NCBI GenBank assembly: GCA_937625935.1
Contig: OW569356.1
Span: 513,007-577,006 of the forward strand
Length of the DNA: 64,000 nucleotides
Direction of reading: 5' to 3'
Source: Tetramitus jugosus
Lineage: Eukaryota; Protista; Heterolobosea
Positions 33,083 to 44,187 of the stretch are shown here, piece by piece. The stretch's first letter is position 1. Each line of letters begins with the position of its first letter. The notes beneath the pieces were generated by a model. The model worked only from the letters and a program-made list of their open reading frames with translations. It searched no databases and was not told the DNA's origin. A program made the position numbers and the translations under genes.

Positions 33083-34649
33083 ATGTTATTCAGCCGTTGG
33101 ACCAAATCTTCTTCAAACAATCTCAACAAAACCAACAACAACAACTCATTGGATGACTCTAGTGACAATAGCAATAGCAACAGCAGCAACAATGGAAACA
33201 GCAAAACTGAATTTACATTCATGATTCGAGTGGACCACTTGGAGCAAGTACCTGGTTTCTTCCAACCCAAAGTCTCCATTCTACTACGACTCAACAGCAC
33301 TATTATTGGCAAGACGGGTACGTATAGCACATGAACACACTTTTTTTTTTCGTCGACGAAAAAACATTTTTTCAACTGTGCACTTTGCTAACATAACAAC
33401 AACAATATTTTTAGAATTTAGAGTCGTGTCGACCAATACAGGACAAATCAAGTACAATCAAGCATTTGAGTTCCAGTGCACATTGACTCAACAACCAAAC
33501 AACAAGAGCAAACAAGGTGGAGTGGGCTTTGACTCCAAATTCCTCTTTTTTGATGTGTTGGTCAAGAAGGGTCAAAAAATTTCAACCATTTCACGCACCA
33601 ACAAGCTCAATCTAGCTGATTTTGCCAGTTTGAATCGAACAGTCACTGAAAAAGATTTGATTACAGTCATGGTTCACGAAGGAATGAACGTTCCATTGAA
33701 TGTCAATGTAACATGTACTCCGAGTGTCATTGGACGCAGAGGAAAGAGCTTGGATTTTGGAATGAGAAGTTCTTCTTCATCTTCTCATGCAGGTGCACAC
33801 TCAAAGCATAGAAATCATGATGCTAGTAACCGTGGTGAGGATAGTGTGGATGATGTGAGTCAAAATTATGGTAGGAAAAATATGGGTAATGATGATGTTG
33901 ATGATAATGGTAATTATGATGATGATGATAGCTATGGTGAGGATGGATATAATAATTATGATTATAATAGTCGATTTGTGAGTCATGTGAGATCAAATAG
34001 CGGTCATACTAGTAGTGGTAGTAGTGGTGGTGGTGTACCAAAGCGAAGAATATCATCTTCGACCTCTGCAGAGATTTTACCCTTGTCTGATTTTGAGTCG
34101 AGCACACCAGTCAGTGCACCAACGACACTACAAAGAAACAGTATTAGTAGATTGGATCAAAACCAATCTTCTCCATTCCCTTCTTCAACAACAACAACAA
34201 CAGTAGTTTCATCGTCCATCTTCCAACGACAAGCATCTCCCACTACGACGACTCCAGTGTCTGCTCCTACCAGACAATTCTCGTTTGAGAATATTGCTCG
34301 AAGGAGAACAATGAGTGGAGCAGTGGGAAGTGATGGTAGTCGTGCATCATTGTCGCCTACAACAACATCATCTCCAAACAGTATTCAATCGGGAAATGGT
34401 GCTACTCAAGTGTTCAATGTGTTTGATGCCAGTGCAGATGCGACTCTACAGAAGGAGAATGCAGATTTGCGAAATGAAATACTCGCTTTGAAGAAGGAGA
34501 TTGAAAAGTTGAGATTGGAGAATGCCAAATTGAAGGGAATAGCCGCCAATGATCCAGTGACTCATTACGCTCAAGAGGAAGAACAATTGGAGAGTTCATT
34601 CCACCTGCACTGTGCCAACACAATTGACACTGTTGATGAATTCTTTTGA
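33083..34649 (+). CDS. NT-C2 (EEIG1/EHBP1-type) domain protein with C-terminal coiled coil (intron 33318-33414)
   Basis: FTFMIRVDHL...GKT|EFRVV...FEFQCTL...FDSKFLFFDV...KLNLADFA. The GTACGT...TTAG intron has a CTAAC branch point and preserves the frame. Confidence 0.7.
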
Positions 34650-34718
34650 CGCTCAAGACGTCACAAAAAGAAGGAATCATTACAACTGTTCTATACTATC
34701 AACTGTTTATATAAAACT

Positions 34719-36362
34719 CTACTTTGTCACAAACATTTGTCTAAAGTTGGAGTAGAGAAGAAACAGCACAAAATGTGCGCAACTGTACACTGTACACATG
34801 AACGTATACAAGTCGGGATATCGTTTTGGAGCAGGTAGTGCTATTGTGATTGCGTGAATCACGAAGCATCCAATTAGAGATACTGTTATCAATGTACTCA
34901 GTGCTTTCAGCTTCCATGAGTATTTGGTTCGTGTCGTGTTGAAAAACATGTTCCGAACATCGAATGGATTGTTCAATGTAAGGACAAAGTATTGGAGTAT
35001 GCTCGCCACATATGCAATAGCCAATCCATCTCTGTGAAGAAGTGGATACATGCTAAATGTTGCAACAATAATAAACCAATGATAAACCAATGAGTACTCT
35101 TCATCCAAGTTAGTTCCTGCTTGATTCGCTCTTAACATCATTAGTAAAATAGACGCAGGAACTGTCACAAATAGAATAGTTTTCTCGTGTACATGATAAC
35201 TCCACAGAAAGAATGCAGTGCTTACATTGACCAAGCAAAACAAAAAATTTTGAATCGTAGGTTTTAACATGACGTGAATACAGCTCGGTAACGATGTTAA
35301 TAAAGTCAATAGTGCGCTTAACTTCAAAACAGTGTTCGTATCGAATTTCAAATGTACCTTGTACACGAGGGACAGTGAACACCAAATATTTGCTACCTTG
35401 TCCTCAAACAGTCCTCTATGTAGTGGGAATATTCGATGCACTACTTGATTAAATTGTTCTCGACTCGTCAAAAATGGGAGCCATATGATAGCAAAAGAAC
35501 ATATGACTGTCACTCCAATACACATAAACATATATATACCACTCATCCAATGAACCTTTCTTGATCTCCAAATACACTTACCAGTCAAATAAAAGAAGAC
35601 TGGAAGTGAATAGTACAATGCCATTTGCTTAAAGTTTAAGCTACAACAGAACAGTGCGCTACCAATGAGATACAGCCTCTTTCTCATTGGTTGTGATTCA
35701 TTTTGTTTCGCCTCTTGTATCTCAGCCTTCAAAAAACAAACAATGGCCCACAACGTCAATCCAATCGAAACTGAATTGTACTGGAAATGACCGTGATCAA
35801 TCAGAACAATCGATGGTTGCATCAACACGTACAACAATGACCACAAAAATGGCTTAACACTAATACTCTTTGTTCGTTCTCGTTCATCATCGCCCACCTT
35901 TGCAGCGACAGCATCAACTGTTTGAATAGACAATAACAATCGAAACATGACAATAATAGGCGCAATAAACATGAACAAATCCCAGATCAATACTGTCATT
36001 CGCATAAATAATCTAGTAGTCAAAGTTTCCGATCCTCTGCTCTCCATGAGTGCAATCACTGATTTTGGAGCGAATTGAGAGGTGAGCCACGAGTGATACG
36101 CAGTCAATGGAGGATAATCCAATCCCCAATACTCCAAATTGTTCTCCGTACTATTAAAGTACCATTGACCGATGGGTAAATGATGGGTAATCTCCAACCA
36201 GTGCCTCTGAGCTTCGAAATCACCATATTTTGGACCTACTTGATAACCAGAGTGAGAATTGAGAGACATGGCAGCACGGTAGGTGATTGAGAGCAGCAGT
36301 GCCAACAATGTGAACATTGTGACGATGGATGTTTGACGATTGAGAGAAATCTTGTTCAACAT
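34719..36362 (-). CDS. ALG6: Dolichyl-P-Glc:Man9GlcNAc2-PP-Dol alpha-1,3-glucosyltransferase
   Basis: GDFEAQRHWLEIT, YWGLDYPPLTAYHSW, IDHGHFQYN, NFKQMALYY, RIFPLHRGLFEDKVAN and HVHEKTIL. Confidence 0.95.
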   Translation of the reverse strand: MLNKISLNRQTSIVTMFTLLALLLSITYRAAMSLNSHSGYQVGPKYGDFEAQRHWLEITHHLPIGQWYFNSTENNLEYWGLDYPPLTAYHSWLTSQFAPKSVIALMESRGSETLTTRLFMRMTVLIWDLFMFIAPIIVMFRLLLSIQTVDAVAAKVGDDERERTKSISVKPFLWSLLYVLMQPSIVLIDHGHFQYNSVSIGLTLWAIVCFLKAEIQEAKQNESQPMRKRLYLIGSALFCCSLNFKQMALYYSLPVFFYLTGKCIWRSRKVHWMSGIYMFMCIGVTVICSFAIIWLPFLTSREQFNQVVHRIFPLHRGLFEDKVANIWCSLSLVYKVHLKFDTNTVLKLSALLTLLTSLPSCIHVMLKPTIQNFLFCLVNVSTAFFLWSYHVHEKTILFVTVPASILLMMLRANQAGTNLDEEYSLVYHWFIIVATFSMYPLLHRDGLAIAYVASILQYFVLTLNNPFDVRNMFFNTTRTKYSWKLKALSTLITVSLIGCFVIHAITIALPAPKRYPDLYTFMCTVYSCAHFVLFLLYSNFRQMFVTK

Positions 36363-36451
36363 TGCGTGATCTCAAGTTGCTTTTTTGGAGGGAAGTTAAT
36401 TGTCCGCGATGTTGTATTGTGAGGCACTCTTAGTTTGTACCTTGTCACAAT

Positions 36452-37763
36452 TTATTTTGAAAGTTCATTCTTCATAGATTGAGGCAGTTCGTTGTAGACC
36501 TTTGGCGAATAGTCGAACAAATAGTCTGTGGTAATGGCAATATCACCAACACTTAGTAGTTGCTTCTTTTGTTGCATTGTGTTCACTACCCAGACGTTCA
36601 CTTTGTAACCTCTCTTTTGCAAGGAACGAACAAAGTCGATATCAAATGCCATCTTGTTCTCAAATCCCAAGACACCGGCTCCGATGAAGCTTGGTAACCA
36701 ATAAACCATACACTTCAACAGAATCCAGTCCCATAATGGCAGAGTGCTCAAAAACAGAGAATAGAGCAGTCTCATTGGAGTGTCCAATGAGCCCTTGTAG
36801 TATCCCTTGTGCAACTCCTCTAGAAACACTGGATAGTCCTTGGATTTGTGCACATTTGGATCATACTTCATCCAATCGCCCAAGAATCCCTCCTTGAACA
36901 ACAAATTGGTCACAATCTTGGCATCCATACGTCTGACCATGTATAGAACTACGGGATTGAATGAAGCGACCACAGACTGCTTATACAGGTGTGGATACTT
37001 TTTAAATGTCTTAATAATGTAGTCTGCCATTTCCTTTGATCTTTCGTACTCTTTGATCTCAATCATGAGAACCTTGGTGGGATCACGTGCAAACATATCA
37101 TCAATAAACTCGTCCAATGTTGGTATACTGTGTTCAATGTGTGCAGGGAACGCCAATCGACAATCAGGGAACAACTTTTTGATCGTGTTGGCATCTTGAC
37201 CACGAATGTATTCAAACTGAGATTGAATTTGCTTTCTTGTCATGAACGGAATGCCAATTTCAGTGTCATAGCTGCCTTCAACTACAGACGTGGTCTCTTC
37301 TTCCACTTCCTCACCACTACCCGTAATGTGCTTTGTTCTCGTTGTAATGGTTTGTTTCTGCGATTGACAGAGACGAGAAACGCGATTCGTGTCATGAAAA
37401 ACCATGGGAACTCCATCCTTGCTCAACATGATATCAATCTCAATGCCATCTGCCTTGTGATCAATCGCAAATCGCATTGATTGAATCGAGTTCTCAGGAA
37501 TGTCCAAATCAGGGTGTTTGCTGCCTCTGTGACCTACAATGCTGTTTGTTTCCGGATGCAAGGTTTGTTAGACATTTGCACATGGTTAATCACACACACA
37601 CAAATTAAAAAAAAAAGATAGAGAGCTGCTCAAACGCAACGTACATGTTGGAGAAGAAGGACGCATCTTTGGATGATGGCAACTTGTAGATGAGGTGGAA
37701 TACGAGGAAGGAGAGTATGACCACAAGGAGAGTGATGGCCACAATGAGCAGCAGCAAGAACAT
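36452..37763 (-). CDS. Membrane-anchored glycerophosphodiester phosphodiesterase, GDE1-like (intron 37542-37644)
   Basis: An N-terminal TM exon splices to IIVGHRG; further motifs PENS, GIEIDI, VFHD, IEIK, VWVVN and ITTD. Confidence 0.9.
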
Positions 37764-38055
37764 GTTGTTCTGTGTTGTTGTGTGTTTGTTGTTTGTTGCT
37801 TGTGCTTTTGGGTGTGTTTTCGCTTCTTTCAAACAAGAGCTCTTTCAGAAAGAACACCCACCCAATTCCGCGAACAGCTTCCAGAACCAAACTCAGTTGT
37901 CGCTTTGATTCGCAGCGAGATTCATTTCTTCTTTGACAGGGGTCGCGGAATTTAATTTTGCCTGCTTTTGTACGATGGGGGTTTTTTATGGGATGGGAGA
38001 ATACAAAATGAGTAGGTAAGTTAATCATCGCAAATTTTATTGTACAAACGAAAGT

Positions 38056-39525
38056 TTAGATGTCAGTGGGGATTCTATACTTGAAGTTGGAAGGCATGGG
38101 TCCAGGAAAGGCTGGTACGTTCTTGCTCGAGATTGCCTTCTTCTTTTGCTTCTTTTCTGCCTTTTTCTTTGCCTTCTTTTGTTTCTTTGTCAGTAAAACG
38201 GCAGGTGCAATGGAAGGGGTTGGTTGAGCAAGGACAGTCTGTGTCTTGGATTTTTCCCATGTGCTCTCTAGAACACTTGGCATTCTGGTTGTGTAGTCAG
38301 TTGGCATCTCTTTTGGAGCTTCTGGAACGTCGACCACATCAATAATGTGTTGCTCAGGTCGAATAATTGGCAAGTTCTCAAATTCTCTCTTCTTTTCAGT
38401 TCTCTCTCTTTCACTGGAGGAATAGCACAACTCATCAGATTTCAATTTCAAATGAGAGAAAACTTTCTTCTCTTGCTCATCTGAGGTTTTTTGAGCGTAG
38501 AGGGTAGCTGTTGGAGCTTTCTCAGATGTGTAGCACAATTGATCAGGGAGTAACTTGTCACTGTGAAGAATTCCGGATTCTGTTGGAATCTTGGAGTGAT
38601 AGTCTAATGGCATTGGTCCAGGTGGTGGAGGAACACCTTGTTGGATGAAACCTCTTTCTCTTGTTTCAAAGAATGGTTTCTGGGCAAATGTATCACGTTT
38701 CTTCAATTCTTTCAATCTTTGGGAGAGCGATGGTCTTTGGTAGCCTGTGAATATTCTCTCAGAGTACGTTGATATCCTTGGTTGATAGTCTGAAGGCATT
38801 GGTCCCGGAGGTATTGGCACTCTATGACTCTTTGGTCGATAGTTCTGTGGCATTGGTCCTGGAGGTGGTGGTACAGCACCTCCGCGTTGAATGAAACCCT
38901 CTCCTCCTCTGACAAATGGTTGCTGTGTCAATTTTTGGAAGATGAATGATTCAGAAGGGGGTGCCAGTGCACGATGGAAACCGAGACCCTCTTGAGAAGT
39001 ACCCAGCACACCACCCAGATAGTTGTAGTAGTCTTGATTGATATAGGGTTCTCTGTTCATGAGATCCAAATTCAGTAAGTAGGAATCATCGGAGGCTTTT
39101 GTTGAAGACCAAGAACCTTCTTGATATGTTTGGGTTGAGACGATAGGTTTTTCAGACATAACAGTTTCCACAGTTTTTTGATCCTGAACATTTATTAACA
39201 CAGGATTGGGCTTGTAGACTGTGCGATACACTGGTTGTTCATGGATCTCTCGAATTGGCTGTTCGTGAATTTCTGTGATTCTTGGAATAGTGACAATATC
39301 TTTCTCATAAACATATCTGCGGATGGATGGAGTAGTTTCATCGATGATCGTTGCACGAGCAATCAACGTTTCTTGCAGTGGAGTCATCTGTTGTTGAGTC
39401 TGATTGCTATATCCCCATTGTTGTTGTTGAGGTGCGATATAACCTTGATCCAGTTTCTGGAATCCAGATAGTGGTTGTTGTTGCCAAGTGGTTATATTTG
39501 CCGGAACTCTCTGTGTTTCAACCAT
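38056..39525 (-). CDS. Hypothetical protein with five PxxPGPMPx(D/N)(Y/F)-like repeats
   Basis: 489-aa ORF with visible internal repeats and no recognised domain. Confidence 0.7.
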   Translation of the reverse strand: MVETQRVPANITTWQQQPLSGFQKLDQGYIAPQQQQWGYSNQTQQQMTPLQETLIARATIIDETTPSIRRYVYEKDIVTIPRITEIHEQPIREIHEQPVYRTVYKPNPVLINVQDQKTVETVMSEKPIVSTQTYQEGSWSSTKASDDSYLLNLDLMNREPYINQDYYNYLGGVLGTSQEGLGFHRALAPPSESFIFQKLTQQPFVRGGEGFIQRGGAVPPPPGPMPQNYRPKSHRVPIPPGPMPSDYQPRISTYSERIFTGYQRPSLSQRLKELKKRDTFAQKPFFETRERGFIQQGVPPPPGPMPLDYHSKIPTESGILHSDKLLPDQLCYTSEKAPTATLYAQKTSDEQEKKVFSHLKLKSDELCYSSSERERTEKKREFENLPIIRPEQHIIDVVDVPEAPKEMPTDYTTRMPSVLESTWEKSKTQTVLAQPTPSIAPAVLLTKKQKKAKKKAEKKQKKKAISSKNVPAFPGPMPSNFKYRIPTDI

Positions 39526-39821
39526 ATTGCTTATCTATTTATCACTTGTTGGAGTAAATTGATGAAAGTGAATGTTGTAGTGAAATAATTTGAATTTGTT
39601 GGTTTTTAACTGACTGTTATAAAAGTATTATTTACTCGATCGAAATGGTTTCTTATTTATACGGTTGATCAGATCAAATGACACCCCGTTGTATTCGCTC
39701 GCTTCAATTTTTGGACAATAATTATTCTTTTTTTGTTTTTCTGATATCGATTCGGATGTTGCCCGGTTGACACAGAGCTGTAAATGATGAGATTTCTTGT
39801 GAATCTTTGTACCTTGACGAT

Positions 39822-41096
39822 TTATTCGACAACTTCACTGGGAGAGCATGCCTGCACCTCTGTTGTAGTTTGAGCCGTTGTCACTTTAACTTCGTTTTGC
39901 ATCTTGAGCGTCTTGCCCTTGTTTTGATTAGCCCGAATCAATATGGAGGCAAACTCATTGGATAACACAAAATCAATAATAACAATATTGACTTGTGATC
40001 CCCACTCCTTCATCCATCTTTCGACATGAGGGTTCACTATGAGGGCCAATACTTTGACAGCCAATGGTTTCGAGCGTTGAGGTGACAAAACAGTTTGTAG
40101 AATCCACAAGCCATCTCCATGATCGTTCGTTAGTTCCTCATAACAACACCTCCGCAGATAATCCACATCTGCCGTGTCAAACCATCGCGAGCAAATGACA
40201 GAATTTGAGAACACTTTCTCATCCCCTCCATCAGTGCCCTCTAAAGACAAGAGAACTCTCTCGTCTCTGTCCCATAAATCCTTCAGTTTTTTGTCCAATC
40301 CACTCACTGATGCTTTTATCATCTGACCATCGTCACTTGCATCGCTTGCATCAGATACATTGGTCATGCACGGAATCAACCACTTGTCCAATTTTTCAAC
40401 TAATCGCTTCTTAAACTGTTGAAACACAACAGGTTGATTCACAAACGGTAGATGAGACACCTCCAATATCACAACTTCCTTCTTGTTCTCCTCTAAAAAC
40501 AAACATACAGAGGCAAGTATCTCAGAGAGTGACACTCTAGAGGACCATTGATGATGCATGATCCAAAATTCGTCCTTCTTGTTACCCTGAAAATAGTCGA
40601 ACCGCAGATCAAAATACCGAATTCCACTCATGAGCTGCTCCAAAATATTCAAGCTTTGACAAGCAGTCCAAGGAGCAGCAATGGCCGAAGTCATCCGATA
40701 GCATCCACTGTCATGCGAACCAGGTATCGCAAGCTGCCTCAATGAAAAATCACTAATGTCATCTCGAATCTGTTCCATCCATTTACTCGTGTCAAACTCT
40801 TCTTCATCAGCAATCTCTCCACTTGTACTCTTCTGCCGATGCTTGTGGTTGTTGTTATTTGAATTGAATTTCTTCTTCTTGTTGAAACTGTTACTGTTCT
40901 TTGTAGAATTCATGATAGAGTTGTGAGTGCACTCGGTGGATTGAGTACATGAATTCGTTGTCATTGTCGTGTTATTGTTGTTGTTGGTGGTGGAGCACTG
41001 TTGTTGTGTGTCGCTTGTTGTTGTTGTGCTTGCACGTGTGTTGTCCGAGCTAAAAATGGGTGCTTGGAAATTGTCCTTGTGGTTTGCATTGCCCAT
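39822..41096 (-). CDS. PI-PLC X-domain protein (PLCXD-like), possible N-myristoylation
   Basis: LAIPGSHDSG, Q..I.EQL..GIRYFDLR, FL......EVVIL and NIVIIDFV. Starts Met-Gly. Confidence 0.88.
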   Translation of the reverse strand: MGNANHKDNFQAPIFSSDNTRASTTTTSDTQQQCSTTNNNNNTTMTTNSCTQSTECTHNSIMNSTKNSNSFNKKKKFNSNNNNHKHRQKSTSGEIADEEEFDTSKWMEQIRDDISDFSLRQLAIPGSHDSGCYRMTSAIAAPWTACQSLNILEQLMSGIRYFDLRFDYFQGNKKDEFWIMHHQWSSRVSLSEILASVCLFLEENKKEVVILEVSHLPFVNQPVVFQQFKKRLVEKLDKWLIPCMTNVSDASDASDDGQMIKASVSGLDKKLKDLWDRDERVLLSLEGTDGGDEKVFSNSVICSRWFDTADVDYLRRCCYEELTNDHGDGLWILQTVLSPQRSKPLAVKVLALIVNPHVERWMKEWGSQVNIVIIDFVLSNEFASILIRANQNKGKTLKMQNEVKVTTAQTTTEVQACSPSEVVE

Positions 41097-41334
41097 GATT
41101 GACTTATACTCACTCTCTATCGATGATGAGTTCTCCGTGTGGTTTCGTTTGTGTGGTGCGCAAGTTTCTGGTTCTGGAGATGACAGCAGGTGCGCTTCTT
41201 GGCCAGTGTTGATGGAATATTACACCACGGCTTTGCGCGGACTTTGCTGTCAAAACAAGCTTTTTCTATTTTTTGTCACCGATTATTTTCCGATTGATTG
41301 TGTTTCCGTTCAAGAAGTTTGTTCGAAACAAAAA

Positions 41335-43713
41335 ATGAATTCAGGTACTGATCTCGCTTTTACGATCTCTGGACCATCTTCAACGTTGCCTTCGAGATCT
41401 GGTTTCTCTTTTTCATTGGGAGGAGGAAGTGCTCCTCATCCTACTAGACATGGTAGACAAACCACGTCTTCAAAGAGTCACCCGCGTTATCATTCATCCA
41501 GTCAATCATCCTCACTCAAGAATGTTTCATCAATGCCATCGTCCAAGGAAGCACCGATTCAAATCCAGTATACTCTATCAGATGTGCAGCTGAACACCAT
41601 GCGTTCTCTGTTGGATGGAAAAGTAAGAAGATATGATGACATGATTGAGCTCATCAACAGCGCTAGCAGCAACAGTAATGAACCAGCACAAGAGAACGAA
41701 CAATCGATTAAGATTCAAAAACCCAACTTTACATTGACGTTGCATGTGACTAGCAAAGAAGAAACGAGTGAAACAACGGTTGTTGATCAACAAAATGAGA
41801 AGAGTGTTAATGATACGATTGGTGATCAACAAGAGACAAACAAGAGCAACACATTTTCATTTTCTGGTATGGATAAAGTGTTGAACAGTATTGAGCACGA
41901 GATGGACAATCCATTTGATCAAAACAAGAAAAAGAAGGTTGGAAGTGACCAGAGTTCTCCTCCGAGCTTTCACTTCTCTTTCTCTCCTCAACCCAATCTG
42001 ACGCTCGGTTCAACTACGCACATTGATATATCATCATTGCCACCTCCCACTGTTGATGAGCAAACAATGATCAATTGTACTATAGTCAATAACAATGAAT
42101 ACTCTTGGAGTGTTCACTCCGAAATACTGACCATGTGGATGCCCGCTCATTTTAGTGCGACAGCTCGATTGATGGGTATTGATGACTCATTTGTGTTGGA
42201 CAGTGAACTCCTAGAGTATGATATATCGCCTAGAAATATGAAACAAATGATTGATTTCATGTACAGTGGTTGTCTCACTATTTACACGATGGAAGATACA
42301 CTCAAATTGGTGACATTGAGTGATTACTTTGTTTTTCATACATTGAGGAACTTGTTGTTAGAGCAAATAGAGAGCAGAGTAACATATAACTCTGCACTCT
42401 TTTACCTTAGTTGGTGTGGTCGACGCTCTGATAACCCGTGGAGAACTTTAGCAGAGAGATGCATAACTGAAATCACTCGGGTTTCTTCAATGGTTGTAAC
42501 TGAGATCTCAAATGGCAATATACCACGTTCTCTCTTCAGAGATATTAGCTTTGACAAGATATATAGTCTCTTGAGAAGTATCGATGGCAAAAACATGTAC
42601 TATATTCGATGGTGCTTCTTGCAATGGTGGATGCAGGAAGCATTCGAAGTAAACTTATCGGAACACAAATACATGATTATGGAAGTGTTTCTCGAAGCCT
42701 ATACAAAACTATTAGCCCTATTGGTCAATACCAAAATTCCAATGACAGTGTGCAGTGAGGTTGTCAGTGATGGCCGAAAGCGAAAGGCAATGGATGAGAT
42801 TTTTTATTCCACCGCTCATAATAGTAACGTATCTGTGGAGAGTAGTAGTGATCCTCATGATCAACCACACTTAGTAGAAGAGTCACAAGACATATCGGCG
42901 TTAAAAAGGACAATTTTCGAAGAACTGAACTGCCCTCCAGAGCTGATCGATTTGTTGTGTCAAGGAAATCCCATGGAATGGAATTTTATTATCACCGATG
43001 TTATTATTAATGAGATTGCTCATTGTTTTTACAAGGAGCGAGAACAGCTAATCGTTCAAGATAGTTCTGTGATAGACATGGTCTTAAGCTCAGATTTACT
43101 ACAAGTCAAATCTGAAGATGATGTTGTGGACTTTTTGATGGATTGGTATAGTCGTGCTGATGAAGAAGAGAAGGAGATGGTCGCACTGAAACTCTTCTCT
43201 ACTGTTCGATATTTTCACATTTCTCTACCATGTATCAATCATCTGTGTACGAGTGGAATGAAAAAGTTGTTGAACCATATTAGCCCAAATATGCTTCGAA
43301 ATGTTCTGGAGTTTAGAGTCAGTAATCTAGAAACAAAGGTGAATCGTGAAACGAGTTCACAATTCGGAAGACCAAGACGCTCTTCAGAGTGGACAGATAT
43401 TCAAATGTCAAACAAGCATCAGAAGAGAACAAAGAAACCAAGTCGTTCTGCCCATCTGGCACGGTCATACAAAACGGTGGAAGAAGAAGACAGTCAAAGT
43501 GAATCTGATGATGATATGCCAGATAGTGTCTCATATCTCAGCGATTACACCAGAGTTGAAGTTTTGGATCTCATGCTCAGCATGTTCACTGCTTCGAAGT
43601 TTAGCAGTGAGCGCATTGTGAAAATGATTGAGGCTAACAAGGCCAGAGACAGAAGGATTCATGCAAAGAGTCATAGAGTGTCTGTCAATCAGGACGGATA
43701 CATGAATGAGTAA
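41335..43713 (+). CDS. BTB/POZ + BACK domain protein
   Basis: BTB motifs VHSEIL...F and MIDFMYSG.L...LSDYF...L; BACK motif LSSDLLQVKSEDDVVDFLMDW...LFSTVRY. Confidence 0.78.
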   Translation: MNSGTDLAFTISGPSSTLPSRSGFSFSLGGGSAPHPTRHGRQTTSSKSHPRYHSSSQSSSLKNVSSMPSSKEAPIQIQYTLSDVQLNTMRSLLDGKVRRYDDMIELINSASSNSNEPAQENEQSIKIQKPNFTLTLHVTSKEETSETTVVDQQNEKSVNDTIGDQQETNKSNTFSFSGMDKVLNSIEHEMDNPFDQNKKKKVGSDQSSPPSFHFSFSPQPNLTLGSTTHIDISSLPPPTVDEQTMINCTIVNNNEYSWSVHSEILTMWMPAHFSATARLMGIDDSFVLDSELLEYDISPRNMKQMIDFMYSGCLTIYTMEDTLKLVTLSDYFVFHTLRNLLLEQIESRVTYNSALFYLSWCGRRSDNPWRTLAERCITEITRVSSMVVTEISNGNIPRSLFRDISFDKIYSLLRSIDGKNMYYIRWCFLQWWMQEAFEVNLSEHKYMIMEVFLEAYTKLLALLVNTKIPMTVCSEVVSDGRKRKAMDEIFYSTAHNSNVSVESSSDPHDQPHLVEESQDISALKRTIFEELNCPPELIDLLCQGNPMEWNFIITDVIINEIAHCFYKEREQLIVQDSSVIDMVLSSDLLQVKSEDDVVDFLMDWYSRADEEEKEMVALKLFSTVRYFHISLPCINHLCTSGMKKLLNHISPNMLRNVLEFRVSNLETKVNRETSSQFGRPRRSSEWTDIQMSNKHQKRTKKPSRSAHLARSYKTVEEEDSQSESDDDMPDSVSYLSDYTRVEVLDLMLSMFTASKFSSERIVKMIEANKARDRRIHAKSHRVSVNQDGYMNE

Positions 43714-44187
43714 TATTTATTACATTGAACGCACATGAAATCATTGCGAGCAGTTATGTTACAAGAGTGAGAATGAACTAATAGCGGAGGACCTTGAACT
43801 CTTTTTCAAGATTTGTTGAATTTTATGTGATGTGCGGCCACAGTCAATCTGTTCTGTATGAAATGAGCTTGCGGTCCACCTGATAAAGTTTTCTCGATGT
43901 AACTCAGAATTGTCATGCAAGTTGTTGGCGTTCTTTTGATTTGGTCCTTGATGGAGTTCTACCATGTTTGTCTAGTGTTGTGGTTATGTGTGGGTTTTCT
44001 TGTTGTAGCGACTTGTCAGTTTGTTTCTGTTTGCAACACGCTTGATCTGAATTCTGGTGGTGATTTGCCAGGTTGAGAAACAGCCATCACCAAAAATACT
44101 GTCTCCCCGCTTTTTTTGGAACGGAATCTGCGCTCATCAGCCGAGATGAACACCAAAAGAAACGCACAAAAAAAAAGCGAGCAGAGG

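Noticed and set aside
40969-41334. N-terminal extension of the BTB ORF overlapping the PLC-X gene; similar extensions on ORFs at 1441, 4741, 15999 and 22599
   Set aside because: These upstream starts mostly use non-ATG codons or run through promoter/UTR sequence or neighbouring genes. Downstream ATGs in A-rich context are more plausible.
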